Shown: in pieces, positions 30,975-40,241 of the stretch
How the letters are laid out: each line of letters opens with the position of its first letter
How positions within the stretch are numbered: position 1 is the stretch's first letter
Assembly: GCA_963701095.1 (NCBI GenBank)
Contig: OY969564.1
Coordinates: 1,216,001 to 1,280,000 of the forward strand
Length of the DNA: 64,000 bases
From: an uncultured Methanoregulaceae archaeon
GTDB taxonomy: Archaea; Halobacteriota; Methanomicrobia; Methanomicrobiales; Methanospirillaceae
Reading direction: 5' to 3'
Made by a program: the position numbers and the translations under genes
Notes under the pieces: generated by a model
The model's database searches: none
Told to the model about the DNA's origin: nothing
Seen by the model: the letters and a program-made list of their open reading frames with translations, nothing else

Positions 30975-31253
30975 TTAACTGGTTGTATTAGGCTGGAGGA
31001 GGAGACGGCCACGGGAGGTAAGCCGGAGAAGAATCTCGCTGCTGGATTTTCCGCCATCCAGATAACGTTTGGAAAGAAGGATACGGACACCAGACCGGAC
31101 ACTGCTTTCGCTCCGGGCGGGATGCAAAACGTTCACGACATGATTTATATGACAGCCTTGTTTATTGGCTACGGCCTGGAGTATGTCAATCTGGACATCA
31201 GTAGGTACAAAGATCTCGGGAGTTTCAAAGGAGATTTTTTCCATAGTTTCCAT
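30975..31253 (-). CDS. Small winged-helix-like hypothetical protein
   Basis: Helix-turn-helix spacing and an LRLTSRGR wing motif (MarR-like). Confidence 0.5.
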   Translation of the reverse strand: METMEKISFETPEIFVPTDVQIDILQAVANKQGCHINHVVNVLHPARSESSVRSGVRILLSKRYLDGGKSSSEILLRLTSRGRLLLQPNTTS

Positions 31254-31447
31254 AGTAGGTCCTGGTGATTTTTTTTAAAACGCGAGATGGGTGATGATTT
31301 TTGATCCGCCCGGCGAATCACCATATTATTATTGGACTTATGAGATGATGTAACCATGCATGGCATGACCGGTATATACACAATAATCAGGGAACTGAAA
31401 GAGCATATCCGGGCACGATTATCTGGGTGCGTAGCATAACGTAATTA

Positions 31448-32083
31448 ATGACACAAGGCCGTACTCCTCATGCATTCGCGTCCCTATGCGATGCCGCACG
31501 CTCGCTTGGTGCAACCAACGTAAAAGTTATCTCCGTATCGGACATTGTCGTCGAGAACCGCGTGACGCTCAAGTGCAGGGCAGGTTGTATAGGATACGGG
31601 AAGAAACTGACCTGCCCACCCTTTGTCCCGACACCGGATGAGTTCCGGAAGATTCTTACTGAATACAAGTATGCTCTGCTGGTAAAGTTCATCTCCCCGG
31701 CCAATGCCGAAGCTGATGTAATCTGCTCCATCTACAGGTACTGGCTTGACCCGGATGCACCTCCCGATAAAAAGGGAGCGGCTACCCGATTCTGGAAAGA
31801 CCATTTCAACGGCACTGGTGCGTTTGCCCCTATGATGCTCGAACTTGAACGGACTGCATTCAACGCGGGGAACCCCTTTGCCCTTGCTTTTGTCAACGGC
31901 TCTTGCCGGCTCTGTGAAATTTGCAACGTGAAGGGAGGTATCTGTATCCATCCAGCGCAGGCTCGGATACCTGAGCACGCCGTTGGTGTCAACATGGTAA
32001 AGACTGCAGAGAGGGCAGAGATGCCGATCCGATTCCCGGTGCAGGGGCATCCGGAGCTCATGGCGTTGCTCCTGATAGATTAA
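31448..32083 (+). CDS. Predicted metal-binding protein (DUF2284-like)
   Basis: KCRAGC...YG...CPP and GSCRLCEIC...C.HP...E.VG motifs. Confidence 0.75.
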   Translation: MTQGRTPHAFASLCDAARSLGATNVKVISVSDIVVENRVTLKCRAGCIGYGKKLTCPPFVPTPDEFRKILTEYKYALLVKFISPANAEADVICSIYRYWLDPDAPPDKKGAATRFWKDHFNGTGAFAPMMLELERTAFNAGNPFALAFVNGSCRLCEICNVKGGICIHPAQARIPEHAVGVNMVKTAERAEMPIRFPVQGHPELMALLLID

Positions 32084-32397
32084 CGAGAACTAAAATAAAT
32101 AAAGGCAAGAATCTGTTATTTAATGTTGGCAGAAGATGAAAGTAACCCCATAAAAGTTTAGATGAGGTAACTATCTATTTTCTGACCCCATTCGGCCTCC
32201 GTTTTTCCAGATATTTTAACTTCAGACGGTGTTTTTAAAAAGAGGGCCCGACAGCTGATGATTTCAAAAAAAAGACGGATCATGATCTGAAGAGTCCGGT
32301 TAAAGAAAGGAGGACTCTTCCCTTATCCTTCACCTAAACAGCTCCATCCGTATCTCGATTCCATAAGAAAAAATTGAAAGAATGCGGGAGTGTGGAT

Positions 32398-33243
32398 TTA
32401 GTAGGGGGGAGATTCATTCACGCCAAGGAAATTGAGCGTGGTCTCACCATACTCAACGGGTGCATACAGCGATCCGATATGGGGGAGGTCCTTGAACTCC
32501 ACGAGCCATGATCCGTTGATCTGGCCCGCGATCTGGTGTGTTACGTTCGGGGGAGTGAGGATATCATCTGTTCCAACAGCGAGCATCACGCTCTTGTTGA
32601 TCCCCGACAGCTGGTCCCAGGTACCATTCCACGCAAGGTTTGCCTCGGCCTCATTTTTCAATCCCGCAGGTGCTGATTGGTTAAAGGCCGTTGCCTCGAT
32701 CACTGCGTAGAGCACTTTGGTGTCTGGAATCCGTATGCTATAGGTAACGGATTCAAGCACCAGCTTCCGGACCCGTTCGGGATGATCGATCACCAGCTGT
32801 TGGGCTATCGAGGACCCCATCGAAGCCCCATATACGTTCATACTCGTATACCCTAGAGCGGGCATTAGGGCGGCAGCATCGTCAGAGTACTGGGATATCG
32901 CCGGCGTCGCATTGGTATCGCTGCTGTACCCCATCCCCCGGTTGTCATAGATGTACACATGGTACTGCGAGGCGAGGATCCCAAGGAACGTCCCGTTCCA
33001 CATATTGTCCATGGTGCCGTTGAACCCGCAGATCATCAGGAGCGGCTCGCCGGTCCCGAACTCCCGGTACCCGAGCCGCACCCCATTGACATCGGCATAC
33101 TGGATGGGAATGGATGTGACATTTATGGCAGGGGCAGGAGTGACCACCGGAGCTGCTGCTGTTGTGCTGCTCGTGCACCCGCTGACGAGGATGACTGAGA
33201 GAAGGATGGCAATTGCGAGGATAGTGGAGATCAGTTTTTTCAC
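32398..33243 (-). CDS. Lipoprotein-type alpha/beta hydrolase
   Basis: GTG 33243 after a G-rich RBS, signal ending VSGC, DNRGMGYS, nucleophile GASMG, GTDD and PH. Confidence 0.8.
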   Translation of the reverse strand: MKKLISTILAIAILLSVILVSGCTSSTTAAAPVVTPAPAINVTSIPIQYADVNGVRLGYREFGTGEPLLMICGFNGTMDNMWNGTFLGILASQYHVYIYDNRGMGYSSDTNATPAISQYSDDAAALMPALGYTSMNVYGASMGSSIAQQLVIDHPERVRKLVLESVTYSIRIPDTKVLYAVIEATAFNQSAPAGLKNEAEANLAWNGTWDQLSGINKSVMLAVGTDDILTPPNVTHQIAGQINGSWLVEFKDLPHIGSLYAPVEYGETTLNFLGVNESPPY

Positions 33244-33390
33244 AAAAACACCCCCGATCGATGGAACGATAGGGATGATGCATAATCGGAATAGGGGAAT
33301 ATGAACGTTGTTATTTTGAGGTTTTCCAGCGTTTCCGGCGAAAATATTTGGGGGGATACCTTTTAACCCGGTTAGTGACATCCTGAGATA

Positions 33391-34458
33391 ATGAATTCCA
33401 GAACGCAGCTCCATCTTGCTTGTGTAATTGTACTTGCGGTATTCACCATCTTTGCCGCAGGCTGTACCGGGACAGCACCATCATCCGGGCAGGGTAGAAC
33501 CGGGACAACAGTGAACGTGTCATCGGGAAACACGGGTATTCACACGATTTTTGTCGAACCTAATGACGGCCGAACTCTGATTCTCAGAACGATTGCCGGC
33601 GCACAAAAAACCATCACTCTAACCATCTACCAGCTCGACGATCCGGAGATTGTTACCGCCCTGGCTGCAGCGCAGGAGCGGGGCGTTTCGGTACGGATCA
33701 TCTACAACAATGCCTCGTTTGCGGCTGAAAATGTGTCCAACCCGAACGAGTACGCAATCGCAAATCTCACCCCGCTTGGGGTGCAGATGATGCCTGGTTC
33801 TCCCGTATTTGTCCTCACCCACCAGAAGACGCTCACCGCAGACGGGTCGGTAGCGCTCATCATGACGCTTAACCTGGACCCGACATTCTTTGGGACCACG
33901 CGGGATTTTGGGGTCATAACCAATGACCCAGCAGAAATACAGGAGATCGAGAAGGTTTTCGAAGCCGACTGGAATTACCAGAACGTGACGCCGATACAGC
34001 CATCGCTCGTCTGGAGCCCGGTCAATGCGCGGGAAAAGATCCTCGGCCTGATTAACGGTTCCACAAAGACGCTCGACGTCTATAATGATGCAATAACCGA
34101 CCCGCAGGTGATCGGGGCACTTTGTAACGCAGCCAGACGGGGGGTTGCCGTACGGGTGCTTGCGGCCGATAATGTGGGTAGTAACGGGACGAACGTGAAT
34201 GCACCGGCCCTTGCCACGCTCACTGCCAGCGGTGCCCAGGCAAAATCGATTGCGTCGCCGTACATCCATGCCAAGGTGGCGGTTGCCGATTACGGGACAC
34301 CCCATCAGGTCGCATACGTGGGTTCGGCATATTTTGCTGCGGAATCCCTGGACCAGAGCCGCAATCTAGGGATCCTTGTAACTGAGCAACCGATCCTCGA
34401 CCGGATCGAAACGGAGTTCAACCAGGACTGGAAGGTTCCCGCTGTCTCGGAACCTTAA
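33391..34458 (+). CDS. Lipoprotein-type phospholipase D superfamily protein (two HKD motifs)
   Basis: Signal ending AAGC; HQKTLTAD and HAKVAVAD. Confidence 0.85.
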   Translation: MNSRTQLHLACVIVLAVFTIFAAGCTGTAPSSGQGRTGTTVNVSSGNTGIHTIFVEPNDGRTLILRTIAGAQKTITLTIYQLDDPEIVTALAAAQERGVSVRIIYNNASFAAENVSNPNEYAIANLTPLGVQMMPGSPVFVLTHQKTLTADGSVALIMTLNLDPTFFGTTRDFGVITNDPAEIQEIEKVFEADWNYQNVTPIQPSLVWSPVNAREKILGLINGSTKTLDVYNDAITDPQVIGALCNAARRGVAVRVLAADNVGSNGTNVNAPALATLTASGAQAKSIASPYIHAKVAVADYGTPHQVAYVGSAYFAAESLDQSRNLGILVTEQPILDRIETEFNQDWKVPAVSEP

Positions 34459-34464
34459 ACAGAT

Positions 34465-34492
34465 AAAGGGGCCTGTAGCCCTCCTTTTTTTT
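34465..34492 (+). terminator. Probable terminator (short GC stem plus T8)
   Basis: GGGGC-ctgta-GCCCT followed by eight T just after the PLD stop. Confidence 0.45.
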
Positions 34493-34627
34493 CCGTTACC
34501 AGCCCGTGCGGAAGTACGCCGGCCCGACTCCATACGATTGCCGATGCCCAAGCCTTATCTGTGGCAATCGCAGCCCGTGTCACTGTTTACCATTTGCATA
34601 TAATGGCAGAGCGGGTGCAGCGGAAAA

Positions 34628-36163
34628 TTACACTGCACTAACGGACGGGGTGGTGTTGATATTGAGATACTGCCCCGTTTCCCGCATATAATTCGGCCAG
34701 GTGATTTCCATCCCGCCGTTCGGGTTCCCCGTCTTTGCAAACCGGGTCCATAGATCCACGACATTGTCGGCAACCGCCGGATCCGTGCTGATCCCGGGGA
34801 TCCTGAAAAGCAGGACGAGCTCGCTACCATGAAATGCCCCTTCGGGCTGCCCGGGAATAATGTAGGAATACCGGTACATGTACGTGTCCGGACTGATGTC
34901 GCTCATTGAGCCCGCTGCGAACTTCACCGAATCGATGAAATCCGCGTTCTCCATGATCTGTGCAAGCTGGAGCTGGACTTGTGCCGTGGAATTGGCCGGG
35001 TACCGTGCAAAGACTGCATCGGCTTTGGTGCCGAACCGGCTTGTAAGGAAAGACCGGTATTCCGCAACGCTCATGTTGGCATCCGCGGAGAGCGTTGTCC
35101 CATCATTGGCGTTGTTCCCCACTATCAGGGGAACCGCGTCCTCCTGGTGATTGAGATACAGGTTGTCAAGGGTGTCCGGGAGGACCCACCCGTCAACGTT
35201 GGGCTCGAACATGACGGTATGGGTGCTCCAGAACTCTGACTGGGATGACGGGGTTGCATTGATCAGGGAATCTGGGGTGAGGTTCCTCATACAAACAATA
35301 GCATCCGGGCCGGAGCACCCGAGGCTTTGGGCATACTGGATCCCAAACTGTTCGGCATAATCCTTCGGATGGGTGGCGTTAATGATCGCCCCGTTGGCCC
35401 AGAAGGGACCGCTCTCCACGATTGCCTGGGAAAACAACCCCCTGCTCCCGGGGGAGACCAGGTGAATGTAGACGCTTTCGGCCCCGGCGGACTGACCAAA
35501 GATCGTCACCCGCGAGGGATCCCCGCCGAACGCGGCGACATTGTCATGTACCCATTTCAGGGCAGCCTGCTGGTCGAGGATCCCGTAATTGCCCGAGGCA
35601 TTGTGCGGCGATTCACGGTCCAGATCCGGGTGGGCCAAAAAGCCCAGCGACCCGAGCCGGTAGTTCGTGGTGACGACAATGACCCCTTTCTCTGCAAGGG
35701 TTGTACCGTTATACATCGGCATGGAGCCTTCAACGCCCGTAAATCCCCCTCCGTAGAAGAAGACCATGACCGGCAGCCCGGCACTCGCGTTCTGTACCGG
35801 GGTCCAGACGTTGAGATAAAGGCAGTCCTCGCTCACGTTCAGCGCAGGGGCTCCCGGCAGTGAAGGCTCTGAGCCTTTTTGCGCCTGGGGGCAGGTTGCC
35901 CCGTATTCCGTTGCCGCCTTCACGCCCTCCCAAGGTATAACCGGTGCCGGGGCTCTCCAGCGGAGATCCCTGACAGGCGGGGCAGCGAACGGGATCCCGA
36001 GGTACACCCGGATGCCGTCCTGGTTTATTCCCGATACGGAGCCGGCATCGATCTTTACGATTGTTGAGTCCTGCACTTGTTGCGTACAACCTGAAATCAA
36101 TACTAGTCCGGCAACAATAAGGCAGGCTGCCAGAATATACCCCTTACCATGAATCCTTTGCAT
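34628..36163 (-). CDS. Lipoprotein-type type-B carboxylesterase/lipase
   Basis: Signal ending ISGC; GIPFAAPP, SEDCLYLNVW, YGGGF, NYRLG, FGQSAG and FHGSE. Confidence 0.9.
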   Translation of the reverse strand: MQRIHGKGYILAACLIVAGLVLISGCTQQVQDSTIVKIDAGSVSGINQDGIRVYLGIPFAAPPVRDLRWRAPAPVIPWEGVKAATEYGATCPQAQKGSEPSLPGAPALNVSEDCLYLNVWTPVQNASAGLPVMVFFYGGGFTGVEGSMPMYNGTTLAEKGVIVVTTNYRLGSLGFLAHPDLDRESPHNASGNYGILDQQAALKWVHDNVAAFGGDPSRVTIFGQSAGAESVYIHLVSPGSRGLFSQAIVESGPFWANGAIINATHPKDYAEQFGIQYAQSLGCSGPDAIVCMRNLTPDSLINATPSSQSEFWSTHTVMFEPNVDGWVLPDTLDNLYLNHQEDAVPLIVGNNANDGTTLSADANMSVAEYRSFLTSRFGTKADAVFARYPANSTAQVQLQLAQIMENADFIDSVKFAAGSMSDISPDTYMYRYSYIIPGQPEGAFHGSELVLLFRIPGISTDPAVADNVVDLWTRFAKTGNPNGGMEITWPNYMRETGQYLNINTTPSVSAV

Positions 36164-36569
36164 ACGAAACCTTTTCCCTTTCAGTTACCAGAACGTAACA
36201 AACCGTTTCCGGCATGGTAACGGGATGAAATCCCATTCCTGCCGGCGTAAATTTATGTACTCCCTTTACGGTATGGGGTGTATCATGCTGACGGTGTTTA
36301 ACCTTTTGGATCTTCAGGCACGTCCACAAAAACTTCAATCTCCAATTCCTCCATAGGACTGGAATGTCCTGCGGAAGAAGGCCGTTCAATGGATTCTTTT
36401 GCGTTGTCGGGACTTTAGATATTCAACATTGATCAATCACGATGATGTCACTTTATTAAGTCCCGTTACCCAATAGCATTCAACAACAAGATGGAACCTC
36501 CTTTTCACCAAAAACAAGGATTATAAATTCCCCGAATATTTATTACCATCATCATCCTATGGGGGGGAT

Positions 36570-37163
36570 ATGCGAAGATCTGTTCTCGCAGCATCGGCCC
36601 TGGCGCTTATCCTGTTCGTGGCATTTGTACTGTTGCTTTTTCCCTCTACTGACACCATTCCATTTACAGTTACCGGAAAAAAAGGAGAGATTGAGTTCCG
36701 CCAGTACCCTCCTCTGGTACTTGCGACGGTTAATAATTCAGAAGGCGATAATGGTTTCAACCTTCTTTTTGCTTACATTACCGGCAACAACAAACCCCAC
36801 ACTAGTATATCGATGACCGCTCCTGTCATAATGTCGCAACAGATCGCCATGACTGCCCCGGTGCTGTCCAGTGGTGGATCGATGTCATTTGTGATGCCCG
36901 CAGGAAAAATCCGGGATGAGATCCCGGATCCCCTTGACAACCGTGTTACGATTACCACTGTACCCGGTCGGGAAATTGCCGTGGTCCGTTTTAGTGGATA
37001 TGCCTCCCAGAAGGACATCGATGCAGAAACTTCCCGTCTACTGGAAGGGTTGGCGAATGCTAACATTACGCCCGCGGGCCAACCGTTTTTAATGCGCTAT
37101 AACCCACCGTGGACCCCCGGTTTCCTGCGCCGGAACGAAGTGGCGATAGAGATACAACATTAG
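36570..37163 (+). CDS. SOUL heme-binding family protein
   Basis: EFRQY, FNLLFAYITGNN, MTAPV (twice), MSFVMP and YNPPWTPGFLRRNEV. Confidence 0.9.
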   Translation: MRRSVLAASALALILFVAFVLLLFPSTDTIPFTVTGKKGEIEFRQYPPLVLATVNNSEGDNGFNLLFAYITGNNKPHTSISMTAPVIMSQQIAMTAPVLSSGGSMSFVMPAGKIRDEIPDPLDNRVTITTVPGREIAVVRFSGYASQKDIDAETSRLLEGLANANITPAGQPFLMRYNPPWTPGFLRRNEVAIEIQH

Positions 37164-37259
37164 AATGCATTTTTGGATTCTGTAACTTGGTCAGGAGTCG
37201 AATATTTTTTTAGGTGTGAGGGATTTGATAAACTCCTGACAAAATAACAAATTATGGGG

Positions 37260-37754
37260 TCAGTTGAGGAGAAATACCCCTGCATTCAGAGCAGTCGCAA
37301 TGCAGACCCATGCGATGTAAGGAACAAGAAGGAGTGCAGCAGGTGTTGATACCTTGCGGAAGGCCAAAAGTGTTGCGACGATGAGCGCTAACATTACGAG
37401 AATACATACGAGGCCAGCAATGGGAGAATGCAATCCAAAGAAGAGCACCGACCAAAGGAGGTTTACGCTAAGCTGGGCAGCAAACAGGATAATTCCGGTC
37501 TTTAAGAATTTATTTTCCTCTCTCTTGGAAATGAAGAGATAAAGGGAGATACCCATCAGGATGTAGAGAATAGTCCAGACCGGGCCGAATACGTAATCCG
37601 GCGGTGTGAACCAAGGTTTGTTGAGCGTCGTATACCATCCACTTAGCCCGGTCACCGTGAAGATTCCTACAACGGCTCCCGAAACTACCGGTACCAAAAT
37701 ACAGACCGCAGCCAATCCAGCCGATCGAAGGTTAATCTTGTCCATGGTTTTCAC
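37260..37754 (-). CDS. tspO: TspO/MBR family tryptophan-rich sensory protein
   Basis: WYTTLNKPWFTPP.YVFGPVWTILY, NLLWS.LFFG and LLVPYIAWV. Confidence 0.92.
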   Translation of the reverse strand: MKTMDKINLRSAGLAAVCILVPVVSGAVVGIFTVTGLSGWYTTLNKPWFTPPDYVFGPVWTILYILMGISLYLFISKREENKFLKTGIILFAAQLSVNLLWSVLFFGLHSPIAGLVCILVMLALIVATLLAFRKVSTPAALLLVPYIAWVCIATALNAGVFLLN

Positions 37755-38040
37755 ACTTTGATTGGTAATCTCTCATACCGGGAGGCATCCCGCCGATATC
37801 CTTGGCTGAATTCAGCTGACAGGTATATAGTCCCAACAATAAGAACCTGAAGCGCGAACACAAATTCATTCAGGTTCACAAATCCACAAATGCTGGTTAA
37901 ATGTTTTTATGATTCTGTAAAGTTGTCGGAAGATAATATACTTATTCCATAATTAGTTCAAATTATATCTCCCGCGGATTTGTAAGAACCTTTTTCAGTA
38001 AGTTTTATTCAATCAAAATATAGATTATATTTATACATTT

Positions 38041-38103
38041 TGTGGCGATGATGAAAGTTACCCCCACTGAACATTCATGATGATGCAGGGGACTGATGCC
38101 ACA
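38041..38103 (+). ncRNA. Box C/D 2'-O-methylation guide sRNA
   Basis: Terminal stem TGTGGC/GCCACA; C ATGATGA 38048-54, D' CTGA 38067-70, C' ATGATGA 38077-83, D CTGA 38093-96; intergenic with an AT-rich upstream region. Confidence 0.9.
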
Positions 38104-38108
38104 TCATA

Positions 38109-39260
38109 TCAGGAAAAGAGGAATGACAGGAACGCTGTGGCTTCCCGTGTCCCAAACATCCCGTTTCGTGCTTCTTTCTCGGTCAGGCGCTTGCAGGTAT
38201 CCGTACCTTTGCCCGTTACTACAAACGGCACCGGGTCACGGGAATGTGTCTTGATCCGGATGGGGGTCGGGTGATCCGGAAGAACAGCTACGATACCATC
38301 AAACTCCTCCCGTATGGCACCCACTACTTTGTCCACATTTTCGATAGCCCGTACTTTTTCCTCAACACTTCCCAAATGCCCCGCTTCGTCCGGGGCTTCG
38401 ATATGGACGTACACAAAGTCGAGGCGTTTAATTGCATCAAGAGCATAACATGCCTTTGCCGTATAATCGGTGTCGAAGTACCCCGTGGCTCCGGGTACGT
38501 TGATGACTTCCATCCCGGCACAGCGTGCAATCCCATTGAGAAGATCGACTGCCGATATCATGCCTCCCGTTCGATTATATTTCAGGGAGAACGCGGGGAA
38601 TGCCGGCTTTCTCCCGCCGCTCCATGGCCAGATCTGCGTCGCCGGCGGTTTTCCCGCTTTTACCCGGGCCACGTTCACCGGATGTCCCTTAAACACTTCG
38701 CGGCTCGTTTCCATGCAGGATCTAAGAAGATCCGCATCCCCGTTCCGGGGGAGGTACCCAGCGATTGGTTGTCCGACAATATCATGCGGGGCTGTCGAAT
38801 CTGCTGCCAGTCCGTTAGGGACGACAAGGAGGTTGCGGTAGCTGACCCCGGCTTTTAAGGCAACGCCGGGTAGTTCCGGGGCAAGCGAGGTAAAGAGTGC
38901 GGCTCCTTCAGCACTGGAGATATGGCCTGCGGAAAAATCCACCATTATCTCATCTTTAACCGTTACAATATTGCACCGGTACGCGACATCGGTCGGTGCG
39001 AGATCAACACCCATACTCAACGCTTCAAGGGGGCCTCTTCCGGTATAGTACTGTGCCGGCGCATAACCGAGAATGGACATGTTCGCAATATCACTTCCCG
39101 CTTCAAAACCTTCGGGTATTGTCTGCAGCATCCCGCACGCGCCTTCCTTTGCCATCTTGTCCATGTGCGGGGTCTTAGCATATTCAAGGGGGGTTTTTCC
39201 ACCGATCTGGGCGAGAGGTTCATCCGCCATACCATCGCCAAGAATCAGGATGTATTTCAT
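38109..39260 (-). CDS. apgM: Cofactor-independent phosphoglycerate mutase (ApgM type)
   Basis: GDGMAD, GSDIAN, GRGPLEA, HIEAPDEAGH and PDHPTP. Confidence 0.92.
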   Translation of the reverse strand: MKYILILGDGMADEPLAQIGGKTPLEYAKTPHMDKMAKEGACGMLQTIPEGFEAGSDIANMSILGYAPAQYYTGRGPLEALSMGVDLAPTDVAYRCNIVTVKDEIMVDFSAGHISSAEGAALFTSLAPELPGVALKAGVSYRNLLVVPNGLAADSTAPHDIVGQPIAGYLPRNGDADLLRSCMETSREVFKGHPVNVARVKAGKPPATQIWPWSGGRKPAFPAFSLKYNRTGGMISAVDLLNGIARCAGMEVINVPGATGYFDTDYTAKACYALDAIKRLDFVYVHIEAPDEAGHLGSVEEKVRAIENVDKVVGAIREEFDGIVAVLPDHPTPIRIKTHSRDPVPFVVTGKGTDTCKRLTEKEARNGMFGTREATAFLSFLFS

Positions 39261-39270
39261 AAAAAATCCT

Positions 39271-40202
39271 TCACAATGCCTTGAGGAGATCACGTGTCGC
39301 AATCCTCACGCTGTCCTGTGATCCGATCTCTGGCTTCCAGCGCCGGCTTTTGATTCGATCAATGGATAACTGCATCCGGGGCACATCACCCACCCAGCCG
39401 CGTTCGCCTCCCGTAAACCGGAATTTTATATTGGGCAGGTGCATTTCTTCGGCAACGATCTCTGCTATACTCCGTACGTCAATCCAGTCCTCGGAGCCGA
39501 TATTGTAGATGTTAACCGTGTCCCGCGACCGCAAAGCAAAGAGCATGGCGGCAACGCATTCATGCACTTCAAGATAGGACTTAACCTGTTTCCCGTCCCC
39601 GAGAATCTCGAGCTCGGCCGGGTTTTCTTTGAGTTTCCGAATAAAATCCGTGATGACCCCATGACCGCTGCGTTCCCCAACGATATTTGCAAACCGGTAT
39701 ATCCAGGATTTCATACCAAAGGAATGGCAGTACGAAGAGATCAGTGCCTCGCAGGCAAGCTTAGTCGCCCCATAGACCGAAACAGGAAGCATCGGTGCGT
39801 AGTCCTCCGGGGTAGGGATAATTTTTGCATCCCCATAAACGGTGGATGTGGAGGTAAACACCAGTTCCGGGACGGCGTACAGGCGCATCGCTTCGAGCAC
39901 CCGGTAGGTGGCCATGATATTATTCTGCAGGGTAGGGTCCGGGTTGATCGCGCTCTGCCGGACATCCGGATCTGCCGCAAGATGGAAAATCCGGTCTGCC
40001 CCTTCGAGATGTTCCTGCCAGCCATCGCCGAGCAGATCGCTCTGTATAAACCTTACCTTGTAATCGTCGATATGCCGGGCGATTGTCTGGCGACGCCCGG
40101 CGAGAGAGAATCGATGACGAGTACTTCGTTACCCTGTGCAACGAGCGTGTCAACCAGATGGGAGCCTATGAATCCTGCCCCGCCTGTCACCACATCAAAC
40201 AT
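39271..40202 (-). CDS. NAD-dependent epimerase/dehydratase; frameshift near 40100
   Basis: N-terminus [16 protein letters not shown] lies in another frame; HLAA, STSTVYG, YGATK and GWVGDV. Confidence 0.88.
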
Positions 40203-40241
40203 CAATACCTAATATGTAGCCCATGCTATAGGATTACTGCT

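Noticed and set aside
32256..32290. TGATGA...CTGA as another C/D sRNA
   Set aside because: No internal D'/C' boxes or terminal stem, and the spacer is mostly an A run.
36290..36420. Minus-strand coding-like fragment (MEELEIEVFVDVPEDPKG*)
   Set aside because: Too short to assign; it may be a gene remnant or chance.
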